Positions 17,512-26,244 of a DNA stretch of 64,000 bases are shown here, piece by piece (the first letter of the stretch is position 1; each line of letters opens with the position of its first letter). The position numbers were made by a program, and so were the translations under genes. The stretch covers positions 41,574-105,573 of the forward strand of contig JAUMAA010000003.1 in assembly GCA_032117075.1 (NCBI GenBank). The letters are read 5' to 3'. Source of the stretch: Patescibacteria group bacterium (GTDB lineage: Bacteria > Patescibacteriota > WWE3 > UBA101185 > UBA10185). The notes beneath the pieces are model-generated. The model did not search any database and was not told the origin of the DNA. It worked only from the letters and a program-made list of their open reading frames with translations.

Positions 17512-18231
17512 ATGAATAAAGAATATAATATTTCCAGAAGTAAAATTGATTTATTTATTGAATGTCCAAGATGTTTTTATCTTGATGTAAACGGGATTGT
17601 AAAAAGACCATCAGGACCTGGTTTTTCATTAAATTCTGCCGTAGACGAACTTTTAAAAAAAGAATTCGATTTACTTAGAGAAGAAAAAAAACCTCACTCA
17701 TTAATGGAGAAATTTGGAATAAGAGCAATCCCATACCAACATCCAGAATTAGATAAATTTCGACACAACTTTACCGGAGTTAGATATAAACATCCAAACG
17801 GAATTACTTTTTTTGGAGCTGTTGATGACCTTTGGATCAATGAAAATGGAGAAATTCATGTTGTTGACTATAAAGCAACCTCTACATCTGCGGAAGTTAC
17901 TTTAGAAGGGGAATACAAAGAAGGATACAAAAGACAAATTGAAATTTACCAATATCTTTTATCTAAAAATAATTTTCCTATTTCAAATATTGGATATTTT
18001 GTCTATGCAAATGCTAGAAAAGATTTAGATGCTTTCAATGAAAAATTGATTTTTGATGTCAAAATTTTACCTTACGAAGCAAATAATTCTTGGATTGAGG
18101 AGGTAATTAGTAATCTTTACAAAACATTAAGTAGCGAAGAGATACCTCTGCCAAATGAAACTTGTAAATATTGTGATTACATCAAAAAATATAATCAAAG
18201 TTTAAATAATCAACAATTGAGATTGTTTTAG
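17512..18231 (+). CDS. PD-(D/E)XK nuclease (RecB/Cas4-like)
   Basis: ECPRCFY, GAVDDL...VVDYKAT, QIEIYQYL, C-terminal CKYC. Confidence 0.88.
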   Translation: MNKEYNISRSKIDLFIECPRCFYLDVNGIVKRPSGPGFSLNSAVDELLKKEFDLLREEKKPHSLMEKFGIRAIPYQHPELDKFRHNFTGVRYKHPNGITFFGAVDDLWINENGEIHVVDYKATSTSAEVTLEGEYKEGYKRQIEIYQYLLSKNNFPISNIGYFVYANARKDLDAFNEKLIFDVKILPYEANNSWIEEVISNLYKTLSSEEIPLPNETCKYCDYIKKYNQSLNNQQLRLF

Positions 18232-18247
18232 AAAATTAAGTAGATGG

Positions 18248-18272
18248 CGGGAGTTGGCTATACCAACTCCCG
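18248..18272. terminator. Hairpin between convergent genes
   Basis: CGGGAGTTGG-ctata-CCAACTCCCG followed by ATTTT on +. Confidence 0.75.
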
Positions 18273-18284
18273 ATTTTCGGTCTC

Positions 18285-18413
18285 TTAGCAAGTTCCTTGA
18301 CATTCTTCTTGAGTATTAGAAAAAGTCATCGAAATTAATTTCTTGCACTCCTTGTTAAGATAGTATAAAGAAATAATAGAACTTACCATCGCGAGAACCA
18401 CAAAAATAGTCAC
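18285..18413 (-). CDS. Small protein not in the ORF track (42 aa): MTIFVVLAMVSSIISLYYLNKECKKLISMTFSNTQEECQGTC
   Basis: GTG start after SD AGGGAGGTG, upstream TAAAAT, hydrophobic N-terminus, downstream hairpin. Confidence 0.65.
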   Translation of the reverse strand: MTIFVVLAMVSSIISLYYLNKECKKLISMTFSNTQEECQGTC

Positions 18414-18466
18414 CTCGTCACCTCCCTAAGTTATTAAAATCTCCCAATTAATTTTACACCCAAAAT

Positions 18467-19042
18467 CTAGTTATAAAAGTAAGCCATTGTTAAAGCAGTA
18501 ATTAAAAAAAATACTGGTAAAAAAATTATAATTCCTATATTTCTTAATTTGAAAATAAAATAAGAAGATACTAATAAAATTAGAAACTCAGGAAGAAGAT
18601 ACCAAGATAAAAAATAGTAATTAAAAAAACTATCGGGGTAGTCAAAATAAATATCAAAACCATAAATACCGCTATTAAAAGGTGCTAGAAGAGAAATCCC
18701 ACCAACTAAAAAATCCAGAAAAAGGTGGGATAAAACCCCTACCAAAAATACTAAATTTACTATTTTCCAGAATTTTTGATTTTTATTTAGTAAATAATAA
18801 ATCATAAAATTTACAAATAAATAAAAAAATAAGTAGGGAAGGACAGAATGTGAGAAAAGTTTTCTGTGATCTAAGTCATTTATAAAAAAGCCTAAAATTA
18901 AATCAAAATCAGGAAACACTGAGCCAACAATTCCAACTAGAAATATAAAATTTGATTGAAATTTATCAAGTAAAATATCTTTTTTATTTCGAACAAGTAA
19001 ATAGGTTAATGGGACCCCTATTAAAGAATGAGATAAAACCAT
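18467..19042 (-). CDS. YdjM-like membrane-bound metal-dependent hydrolase
   Basis: SH...PDFD...HRKLFSHS...SHLFLD motif set. Confidence 0.85.
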   Translation of the reverse strand: MVLSHSLIGVPLTYLLVRNKKDILLDKFQSNFIFLVGIVGSVFPDFDLILGFFINDLDHRKLFSHSVLPYLFFYLFVNFMIYYLLNKNQKFWKIVNLVFLVGVLSHLFLDFLVGGISLLAPFNSGIYGFDIYFDYPDSFFNYYFLSWYLLPEFLILLVSSYFIFKLRNIGIIIFLPVFFLITALTMAYFYN

Positions 19043-19063
19043 AATTAGATTATATCAATAAAA

Positions 19064-19086
19064 AGGGGTGCCTTTCAGGCACCCCT
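19064..19086 (-). terminator. Intrinsic terminator
   Basis: AGGGGTGCCT-ttc-AGGCACCCCT with upstream A-tract. Confidence 0.75.
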
Positions 19087-19103
19087 CAATTTCAAATTAA
19101 TAA

Positions 19104-19334
19104 TTATCTAGCAGGCTCTGTTTCTTCTTCAACAACTGGTTGAGACATGTTGTTCATTTCTTTCACAACATTTACAGTTGCAGCTTCCATTCTTGACAAT
19201 CTTTCATTTAAATTATCAATACTGTCGAGTAAAAAATAAATAAGTAAGAAATTAATAACTGTTAAAAGACCTACGAAACCAACATTTTTGGCAAAGAAAG
19301 ACAAAACTTTTTCGGAATTATGAGTTTTTTTCAT
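19104..19334 (-). CDS. Hypothetical single-TM protein
   Basis: TM followed by short coiled coil; ATG at 19334. Confidence 0.6.
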   Translation of the reverse strand: MKKTHNSEKVLSFFAKNVGFVGLLTVINFLLIYFLLDSIDNLNERLSRMEAATVNVVKEMNNMSQPVVEEETEPAR

Positions 19335-19393
19335 AATAAACCTTTCTTGGAGCAAATCCAAAAATTACTACTTAATTAAATATACACAATTAA

Positions 19394-19648
19394 TTATCTA
19401 ATGTCATCAACTTCTAAACTTTTATCATTAAGGATTTCACTATTTTTTAATGAATTTTTTATATCATCAAGTGACATTTTGGAATTTTGAGGATCTGGTT
19501 TCTGAACCTCTAAGGGATTACTGGAAGATTTTAGTATTATTTTAGGTTCTAAAGAATTTTGGTATTTTATCCAAACAAAAAAACCCAAAATAAATAAACA
19601 AAAAATGAAGAAAAAGAAAAAAAGTTTCATTTCTTTAGAAATTGTCAT
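19394..19648 (-). CDS. Hypothetical single-TM protein
   Basis: Phe-rich TM; overlaps upstream gene stop. Confidence 0.6.
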   Translation of the reverse strand: MTISKEMKLFFFFFIFCLFILGFFVWIKYQNSLEPKIILKSSSNPLEVQKPDPQNSKMSLDDIKNSLKNSEILNDKSLEVDDIR

Positions 19649-20133
19649 TTTTTTAACTCCTTTAATTTTTCATAGATATCTTTATCAAAGTCTTCTATTA
19701 ATCTAATTTCTTTCCTGACATGATTCTTATAGTTATTATTAAAAATGCTTAGTTTCACAAAATAACTTCTTTTATCACTTTCACAATCTAAAAGAAGTAA
19801 AGCATCAATCTTAGATATAAAATCTTCTCTCTCCAAAATTAAAATATCAAATTCTTCGTAAAAACTATTAATATTTTCTCTGTCTTTTACAGACAAAATA
19901 TTTTGTGAATTAGTTAAATGAAATTCTTCAATAGAGGATTTGATATCGGACATTTGTTGCTTTTTATTTAAGACCGAACTTTGAAGATAATTTTTTCTAG
20001 TTATAAATAAATTTTTAATCTCAACACAACCTTTAATAATTTGATCCCTCTTTTTATCCTGAGAATAGGTTAACAAACTATAGGTCAGAGTTAGAGACAA
20101 TAAAAGGGTAAAAATCAATGCTTTTTGCTTCAT
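19645..20133 (-). CDS. Hypothetical secreted helical protein
   Basis: Signal/TM N-terminus, helical body, two Cys. Confidence 0.65.
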   Translation of the reverse strand: MKQKALIFTLLLSLTLTYSLLTYSQDKKRDQIIKGCVEIKNLFITRKNYLQSSVLNKKQQMSDIKSSIEEFHLTNSQNILSVKDRENINSFYEEFDILILEREDFISKIDALLLLDCESDKRSYFVKLSIFNNNYKNHVRKEIRLIEDFDKDIYEKLKELKK

Positions 20134-20169
20134 ATTAAGTTTATCTTATCATAAGATTATGATAGAATA

Positions 20170-21057
20170 ATGCCACTTATGAATATAAATGTAACCAAAC
20201 AACCAAATGCAGAATTACTTATACATGCAACTATTGAAAAAGAAAAAGTAGCCTCAATTTATGAAAAAATCGTAGATAACATAGTACTAGATAGTGAAAT
20301 TAAAGGATTTAGAAAAGGAAAAGCACCAAAATCAGTTGTTTTAGAGAAAATAGATATCTCTAAAGTACACGGTGAAGTTATTTCAGCCTTATTAAAAGAA
20401 TATTACCCACAAATTATGAAAGAAAAATCAATTTTCCCTTATTCAAGCCCTAAAGTAGATGTTAAAGAATTTGAAATTGGCAAAGACTTCGTTTTTGAGG
20501 CAACCGTTGCAGTTAAACCTGAGATAACCATGCCAAAATACGAAAAAATTATCGAAAAGAAGTCAAAAGAAAAATCAATGACTTCTGAAGAAATTGTTGA
20601 TGCAATTCTAGAAGATACAAAATTTGAACTTTCAGAATTAATGATTAATGAAGAAACTGACAGATTACTTGAAAGATTTATCTCTCAAATTAGAACATTA
20701 AATCTTAATGTAGACCAATTACTAAAAGCTCAAAACAAAACCTATGATGATCTTCTTGCAGATCATAAGACCATTGCTGAAAAAAATATCAAATCTGAAT
20801 TTATCTTGATGGAGGTTGTAAAAGATCAAAAATTAGATGCAACTGAAGAAGAAATTGCCGATTTTGTTAAAAATTTAGGAGACGAAAATCTAGCAAATAG
20901 ACTGCTATCTACAGATGAAAAATGGTATGTTAAAGGTGTAATTGAGAAAAACAAAGCTCTGGATTACCTTAAGTCACTAATGGTTTTTAAAGATCCAGAA
21001 GTAAAAGAAGAAAGCAAAAAAGAAATTACAGAGGAGAAACAAAATGATGAAAAATAA
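20170..21057 (+). CDS. tig: Trigger factor, short form lacking the FKBP PPIase domain
   Basis: GFRKGKAP ribosome-binding motif; 295 aa; upstream of clpP. Confidence 0.9.
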   Translation: MPLMNINVTKQPNAELLIHATIEKEKVASIYEKIVDNIVLDSEIKGFRKGKAPKSVVLEKIDISKVHGEVISALLKEYYPQIMKEKSIFPYSSPKVDVKEFEIGKDFVFEATVAVKPEITMPKYEKIIEKKSKEKSMTSEEIVDAILEDTKFELSELMINEETDRLLERFISQIRTLNLNVDQLLKAQNKTYDDLLADHKTIAEKNIKSEFILMEVVKDQKLDATEEEIADFVKNLGDENLANRLLSTDEKWYVKGVIEKNKALDYLKSLMVFKDPEVKEESKKEITEEKQNDEK

Positions 21058-21655
21058 AGATTTATTCAATACTTTAGTTCCTGTAGTTGTTGAAAAAGAA
21101 GGTAATTACGAGAGATCGTACGATATCTACTCAAGACTACTTAAAGATTTTATTATTTTCGTTACAGGACCTATAGATATGGCAACAGCCAATACATTTA
21201 TTGCTCAAATGTTATTTTTAGAAGCAACTGACCCTACCAGAGACATAAAAATTTATATCAATTCTCCAGGAGGGGAAGCTTATTCTGGAAGAGCTATGTT
21301 TGATACAGTTAGACATGTAAAAAATGATGTTGTTACTATCAATACAGGACTTTGTGCATCTGCTGCCGCTTTACTTTTATGTTCTGGAACTAAAGGTAAA
21401 AGATACTCACTTCCAGGTGCTCATACTATGATTCACCAAACATTGGGTGGGGCAGAAGGACAAGCAACTGATGTTGAGATTTATGCAAAACAAATGGTTA
21501 AAATGAAACATGATTATGCCAAACTAATTGCAGTAGCCTCAGGAAAATCTTTTGAAGAGGTCTTAAAAGACATTGAAAGAGACAACTGGATGGACTCACA
21601 AGAAACTAAAGATTACGGAATCATAGATGAAGTAATTGAACCTGCAAAGAAATAA
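21044..21655 (+). CDS. clpP: ATP-dependent Clp protease proteolytic subunit
   Basis: YDIYSRLL, YINSPGG, GLCASAA, MIHQ, ERDNW. Confidence 0.97.
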   Translation: MMKNKDLFNTLVPVVVEKEGNYERSYDIYSRLLKDFIIFVTGPIDMATANTFIAQMLFLEATDPTRDIKIYINSPGGEAYSGRAMFDTVRHVKNDVVTINTGLCASAAALLLCSGTKGKRYSLPGAHTMIHQTLGGAEGQATDVEIYAKQMVKMKHDYAKLIAVASGKSFEEVLKDIERDNWMDSQETKDYGIIDEVIEPAKK

Positions 21656-21679
21656 TCTAAATAAAAATAACCTATAATT

Positions 21680-21708
21680 TTGACTTGACCTTGAATTTGA
21701 GGTATAAT
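21680..21708 (+). promoter_or_regulatory. Promoter of panhandle module 2
   Basis: TTGACT-17 bp-TATAAT; 5' arm GTTGCTGAGGTT starts at the 7th base after the -10. Confidence 0.8.
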
Positions 21709-21714
21709 ATATTC

Positions 21715-21958
21715 GTTGCTGAGGTTAGATCATACGAGAGGAGATCTAATATGAGACTGTTAGATATACTGGTTTGGGGCCTAAGATGGTCAATTACCTT
21801 AATCTTTTTCCTTCTTTTGGTAAGTATGTCTATGACATATTTTACAAAAGGGGAGATAATGAGTGTGGAACCACTGTTTAGTTCCGGGGTAACAACGGCG
21901 GTACTCTGGTACTTCAAAGACTAACCAACAAAACTATCAAACCTCAGCAACAACACAA
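21715..21958 (+). repeat. Long-range inverted repeat enclosing ORF 21751-21924 (module 2)
   Basis: GTTGCTGAGGTT (21715-21726) / AACCTCAGCAAC (21940-21951), extendable to 16 bp with one mismatch. Confidence 0.9.
21751..21924 (+). CDS. Small hydrophobic membrane protein (57 aa), module 2
   Basis: ATG 21751 after SD GAGAGGAG; paralog of 17214-17444; the longer 21685 start lies in the promoter. Confidence 0.75.
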   Translation: MRLLDILVWGLRWSITLIFFLLLVSMSMTYFTKGEIMSVEPLFSSGVTTAVLWYFKD

Positions 21959-22009
21959 ATTTCAATTTCTAATCAATTCTTAATAATATTGTATAATTAA
22001 CCATACTGT

Positions 22010-22086
22010 GGTCTGTTAGCTCAGTTGGTTAGAGCGCTTCAGTGACATTGAAGAGGTCATTGGTTCGAATCCAATACGGACCACCA
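22010..22086 (+). tRNA. tRNA-Val(GAC)
   Basis: Acceptor GGTCTGT/ACGGACC, D arm AGCTCAGTTGGTTAGAGC, anticodon arm CTTCA-GTGACAT-TGAAG, GGTTCGAATCC, CCA. Confidence 0.95.
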
Positions 22087-22102
22087 TAAAAAATCACAAA
22101 AT

Positions 22103-22714
22103 ATGGATCAAGAGGTTGTAGATAATAAAATAACTAAGAATCTTGCCCATTCTAATCAAATTTCTGCCATAGAATTACCATCTTTAAATATAGTGACTAA
22201 TTTAAGTAGTCAGGACCTTGAGTATATTGAAAACGAAGTAATACCTTATTCAATTTTCAAACATCTTGAAAATAGATTTTCAGATTTTTCTGAGGAATGG
22301 CATGAAATCACTGAGGAAGGAATTATCAATAAAACTGCCAAGTCAAGTAAAGTTTTATTTAGATTCTTCCATCTGAAATCTATTAATGCTAACTTCAAAA
22401 ATAAATTGATTACAAATATTTACCAATCAAAGGATACTTATAAAATAAAAGCCCATGAATACAGAAATGAGGTAATTATTACCGATGGAGAAGTGTTTAA
22501 ATCAGAAAAAAATGAAATCAAATCAGTTGATAACTGCTTTATTGAAACTCATCAAGAGATAGAAATATTTAATGCAAGCTACCTTGTAACACTTAACAGA
22601 GAAAAGAAGACGACACCTTTTGGAAAATGGGAACATCATGACGAAATTCATTTCTTTATGATGGATAGGATAAAACTTGACTATCTAAGAATGTATATCG
22701 GATCTAAATTTTAA
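22103..22714 (+). CDS. Hypothetical protein
   Basis: 203-aa ORF directly after tRNA-Val. Confidence 0.65.
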   Translation: MDQEVVDNKITKNLAHSNQISAIELPSLNIVTNLSSQDLEYIENEVIPYSIFKHLENRFSDFSEEWHEITEEGIINKTAKSSKVLFRFFHLKSINANFKNKLITNIYQSKDTYKIKAHEYRNEVIITDGEVFKSEKNEIKSVDNCFIETHQEIEIFNASYLVTLNREKKTTPFGKWEHHDEIHFFMMDRIKLDYLRMYIGSKF

Positions 22715-23709
22715 TTTTCTTTTCTCAGAAATAACTTGTGACTAAAATAAAAACCAACTAAAAGCGGGACATAGAAATATATTAGTCTAAAGATTGTAAT
22801 TATAATAAGCGAATTTGCAAAATCAATTCCAATACTTCTCATAAATTCAGGAACAAATACCTCAATTATTCCTATCCCGTTTGGAGTAGGTGAGACAGTT
22901 TCTAGGGTGTTTAGTACTACATAACTAGAAACTACCTTGGAGACAGGTATAAGCTCTTTAAATGCCCAAGCAACTGTAGCTAGGGAAAGAATATTTAATA
23001 TATGGAAAAGTAGTCCGATTAGTATGGGTTTAAGATAAAATCTCGGGTCATGCTTTATATCTATAAAGCATTCATGAGCTAAATGAACATTTCTGTGGGC
23101 CCATTTTTCATCTAGATGTACCTTTTTATGAATTTTATGAGAAACAAAATTTAGTAGTCTTTGAATCTGGTGAAAAAATTTTATTAAAAAATCTTTTGTA
23201 AAGATTGATAGAAAAACTAATGTTAGGAGCAGGCCTCCAAATCCAAGCATGGCATAGAGATAATTTACAGGAAAATCGTCTATAGAGTCCCTAAAGAAAA
23301 TTAATGAAAACAAAATAATTAAGAAGAAACCTAAATAGTCAGCTAGTAATGCTAAAAAAGCACCGGCTGCAGTTTTGATTCTATTAAACTCCTTATGACC
23401 AGCATGATCTACAAAAGCAAGCAAACCTCCAGCACCTATAAATGGGGTGGAAACAGAAACAAACATATAAACAAAAGTGACCTTTAAAACCTCTCTATAG
23501 GTAAAATTAACTCCTGCTTTTTGGAAGTTAATATAAAAGTTATATGCTAATACTAGGTATTTAATAATTTGTATTACAACAGCAAGAAATAACAAAAGTA
23601 ATTTTGCTTTAAGAAGATCCTGAGGAACACTATCTAGTAAATGATAGTTTTTATAAATTATCCCGATAAAGAAAAATAAGGAGACAACATAAACAATTTT
23701 TGAAAACAT
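22711..23709 (-). CDS. Lysylphosphatidylglycerol synthase TM-domain (UPF0104 flippase-like) protein
   Basis: Multi-TM; SPTPNGIGIIE, IFRLIYFYVP. Confidence 0.85.
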   Translation of the reverse strand: MFSKIVYVVSLFFFIGIIYKNYHLLDSVPQDLLKAKLLLLFLAVVIQIIKYLVLAYNFYINFQKAGVNFTYREVLKVTFVYMFVSVSTPFIGAGGLLAFVDHAGHKEFNRIKTAAGAFLALLADYLGFFLIILFSLIFFRDSIDDFPVNYLYAMLGFGGLLLTLVFLSIFTKDFLIKFFHQIQRLLNFVSHKIHKKVHLDEKWAHRNVHLAHECFIDIKHDPRFYLKPILIGLLFHILNILSLATVAWAFKELIPVSKVVSSYVVLNTLETVSPTPNGIGIIEVFVPEFMRSIGIDFANSLIIITIFRLIYFYVPLLVGFYFSHKLFLRKEN

Positions 23710-23716
23710 AATCTTA

Positions 23717-24376
23717 TTATACCAAGAGGGAATTTTCAGTTTGAGACTCATTAACTGAAAATTCCCCGACCTTTGTTCTTTTTAAATGAAAAAGTACTCC
23801 TTTTGTTCCATATCTCAACCCTATCTCATTGGCCAATGTTCTAATATAAGTCCCAGAAGAGCAAGAAATAACGATTTTAATAAGAGGATAGTTATGACCA
23901 AAATAGTCAAAATTTGAAATTTCTAATATCTTAATTTCGTAGATATTTGAGTTCATTTTAGGCATTTCAGCTACTTCCTGACCACTTCTCGCATATTTAT
24001 AAAGTCTTTTTCCAGAAACTATCTTTGCAGAAAAAATAGGCACATTTAAAGAAATTTCACCCATTAATGATTTTAAAACTTCCTCAAATTTTAACAAATC
24101 AAAGATAGGAGGAGACCCCTCAAATTCGAGTGGTTTTTCAAGATCAAAACTTTCAGAAAATGCACCAAGAAGTATTGAGGCCTCGTATTCTTTATCCTTT
24201 TTCATAAAACTATCCTGAATCTTACAATCTTTGTCTGTTAAAACTATCATCACTCCTTCAGCCAGAGGGTCCAATGTGCCGGCATGGCTGATTTTTTTAA
24301 CTCCTAAAACTCTCTTTAATCGGTAAATAAAATTAAACGAAGATATTTTAGTTGGTTTATACATATTTAAAATCAT
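23717..24376 (-). CDS. truB: tRNA pseudouridine(55) synthase
   Basis: HAGTLDPLAEGV, CSSGTYIRTLA, LKRTKVG. Confidence 0.95.
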   Translation of the reverse strand: MILNMYKPTKISSFNFIYRLKRVLGVKKISHAGTLDPLAEGVMIVLTDKDCKIQDSFMKKDKEYEASILLGAFSESFDLEKPLEFEGSPPIFDLLKFEEVLKSLMGEISLNVPIFSAKIVSGKRLYKYARSGQEVAEMPKMNSNIYEIKILEISNFDYFGHNYPLIKIVISCSSGTYIRTLANEIGLRYGTKGVLFHLKRTKVGEFSVNESQTENSLLV

Positions 24377-24497
24377 TAGAATATTATATATTCTTTCCTG
24401 TCAATTGAGAAAAAGGCATGTTTATTGTATAATTACAGTATTAAAATCTTATTTTAAGTAGTAAATAAAAGATTATTAGTAAAAAGTTAAAGGAAAA

Positions 24498-25004
24498 ATT
24501 ATAAAAATTTATAGAATAAATGAAAGAATAAAGGCACCTACTCTTAGAGTAATTGGGCCTACTGGTGAAAATTTTGGTGTTATAACCTTAGATGAAGCTA
24601 AGAAAAAAGCGGAGGAGTTAGAAAAAGACTTGGTATTAATTGCGGAAGAAGCAAAGCCCCCAGTAGCTAAAATTCTTGATTTTAATAAATTTTTATACGA
24701 AGAGAGAAAAAAAGAATCAGCAGCAAAAGCTAAATCCAAAAAGAGTGAGTTAAAAGAGTTAAGACTGTCATCAACTATTGGAGAAGGAGACTTGATGCAA
24801 AGAGTTAATAGGGCTAAAGAGTTCTTATCAGAGAATAATAGGGTCAAATTCAATCTAAAACTAAGAGGTAGAGAATTTATGAACCCAAAGTTAGCTTTTG
24901 AGAAGGTTAACAGGGTTCTTTCAGAACTATCAGAGGTTGGGAGAGCGGAAGAAGAGCCAAAAGTAGTAAATAAGAGCATAATAGTAGTTGTTTTAAAAAA
25001 GTAA
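24498..25004 (+). CDS. infC: Translation initiation factor IF-3 with non-AUG (ATT/ATA) start
   Basis: YRINERIKAP.LRVIG begins upstream of the tracked ORF; in-frame stop at 24480, AAAGGA then ATT 24498, ATA 24501 or ATT 24507; precedes rpmI-rplT. Confidence 0.93.
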   Translation: MIKIYRINERIKAPTLRVIGPTGENFGVITLDEAKKKAEELEKDLVLIAEEAKPPVAKILDFNKFLYEERKKESAAKAKSKKSELKELRLSSTIGEGDLMQRVNRAKEFLSENNRVKFNLKLRGREFMNPKLAFEKVNRVLSELSEVGRAEEEPKVVNKSIIVVVLKK

Positions 25005-25023
25005 TGTTATAAAATAGAGACTT

Positions 25024-25224
25024 ATGGGAAAACTAAAAACCAAAAAAACTTTAATAAAAAGAGTAAAAATTTCTAAAAACGGTAAATTAATTAAGAAAGC
25101 AACCGGATCATCTCATAATAAGAGAAAATGGAGTGCTTCTAAAAGATTTAGAAAGATTAGCGAATCAGTTATTACTACTGAAGGGTACATTAAAAAGTAC
25201 AAAAAACTTCTACCTGGTAAATAA
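25024..25224 (+). CDS. rpmI: 50S ribosomal protein L35
   Basis: KLKTKK...KRVKISKNGK; synteny. Confidence 0.92.
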   Translation: MGKLKTKKTLIKRVKISKNGKLIKKATGSSHNKRKWSASKRFRKISESVITTEGYIKKYKKLLPGK

Positions 25225-25245
25225 TCTGGTATAATACAAATCACT

Positions 25246-25599
25246 ATGACAAGAGTAAAAGGCGGCTTTAGAGCACACAGAAAACACAAAAAAATCCTTG
25301 ATTTAGCAAAGGGTTATAGATTATCTAGAAGAACAAATTTTAAAAGAGCACAAGAAGCTGTTTTAAGAGCTGGTGAACATATTTTTCATGGTAGAAAACT
25401 AAGAAAAAGAGATATGAGATCCCTCTGGATTACTAGAATTTCAGCAGGATTATTTGACTCTGATCTGAATTATTCAAGATTTATTGCAGGTTTAAAGAAA
25501 TTAAATATCGATTTGAATAGAAAAATGCTTGCTGAACTAGCATTAAACAATAGGGAAACTTTTGCTTCCTTAGTAGAAAAAGTAAAAGCAGCAAAATAA
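25246..25599 (+). CDS. rplT: 50S ribosomal protein L20
   Basis: MTRVKGG, RKRDMRSLWITRI, LNRKMLAELA. Confidence 0.97.
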   Translation: MTRVKGGFRAHRKHKKILDLAKGYRLSRRTNFKRAQEAVLRAGEHIFHGRKLRKRDMRSLWITRISAGLFDSDLNYSRFIAGLKKLNIDLNRKMLAELALNNRETFASLVEKVKAAK

Positions 25600-25614
25600 A
25601 TTAAATAATACGAT

Positions 25615-25649
25615 AAATGGCGAGGGCAAAATGCCCTCGCCATTTTTTT
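25615..25649. terminator. Bidirectional terminator
   Basis: AAATGGCGAGGGCA-aaa-TGCCCTCGCCATTT plus T-tract, between convergent genes. Confidence 0.85.
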
Positions 25650-25673
25650 ATCTCCTCAACTCAAACCAAGCTA

Positions 25674-26177
25674 TCAATCCTCACCAAGATCTGCAAGAAA
25701 GTTCCATGTCGACTCACCAATGCCTTTGCGAAAGTCTTCGTCAGTCTTTGCTTTCCAGGCATTCTTGGAATGAAATACTTTCTTTGACTGAGGATCGTAC
25801 TGATCTAAACTCAGCGAGAGCTTGAGATTTGCCTTTTTTCCTTCTACAAGCTTGTAATGAAGCTTTTCGAAAAGATTATTGGCCTCATCTAAGTAGGTAA
25901 GCATGTTAAGAACATCCCTTGGAATCCTAGCTCCCTTGGTTAAGAATCCTAGCTCCTCGACAATAAAAAACCGGAAGTTCTTCACCTTTCTTCTACGGGG
26001 ATACAAGGGGGACAGCTTGCCAAAACGAATCTTAAACAGCATCAAATACAAAACTGTTTGACCATCAAAAGTCTCTAATAAATCGTAAATTACCTCCAAG
26101 ATCTCAACAAAGCGGTCATTGCGGATAAGCTTTCCATTAGGAAATACTGAGTACTCCTTAACATTTGACCTACCCAT
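25674..26177 (-). CDS. Hypothetical basic protein (167 aa orphan) between rplT and pheS
   Basis: SD AGGAGGT; shared GGAGAT leader. Confidence 0.75.
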   Translation of the reverse strand: MGRSNVKEYSVFPNGKLIRNDRFVEILEVIYDLLETFDGQTVLYLMLFKIRFGKLSPLYPRRRKVKNFRFFIVEELGFLTKGARIPRDVLNMLTYLDEANNLFEKLHYKLVEGKKANLKLSLSLDQYDPQSKKVFHSKNAWKAKTDEDFRKGIGESTWNFLADLGED

Positions 26178-26244
26178 CTCTCTACCTCCTATAATTATTA
26201 AATCTCCCCATTAAATTTAATATTTTTTGATAAAATAGCAAGAG

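Noticed and set aside
17512-18231. Cas4 / CRISPR locus
   Set aside because: No repeat-spacer array or other cas genes seen; treated as a stand-alone PD-(D/E)XK nuclease
21672-21917. 81-aa minus-strand ORF as a protein antitoxin
   Set aside because: Fully overlaps the SD-supported + strand gene and has no expression signals; an antisense RNA here is not excluded
17190-21958. GTT.../...AAC arms as integron attC or cassette boundaries
   Set aside because: GTTGCTG does not fit GTTRRRY (only GTTAGAT at 21724 does), no complete attC hairpin follows either ORF, and no integron integrase is in the window
24509-24979. 156-aa minus-strand ORF and similar antisense ORFs (e.g. 7557-7883, 10143-10466, 29597-29944, 33444-33881, 63710-63994)
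   Set aside because: Lie opposite well-supported genes and have shadow-ORF composition
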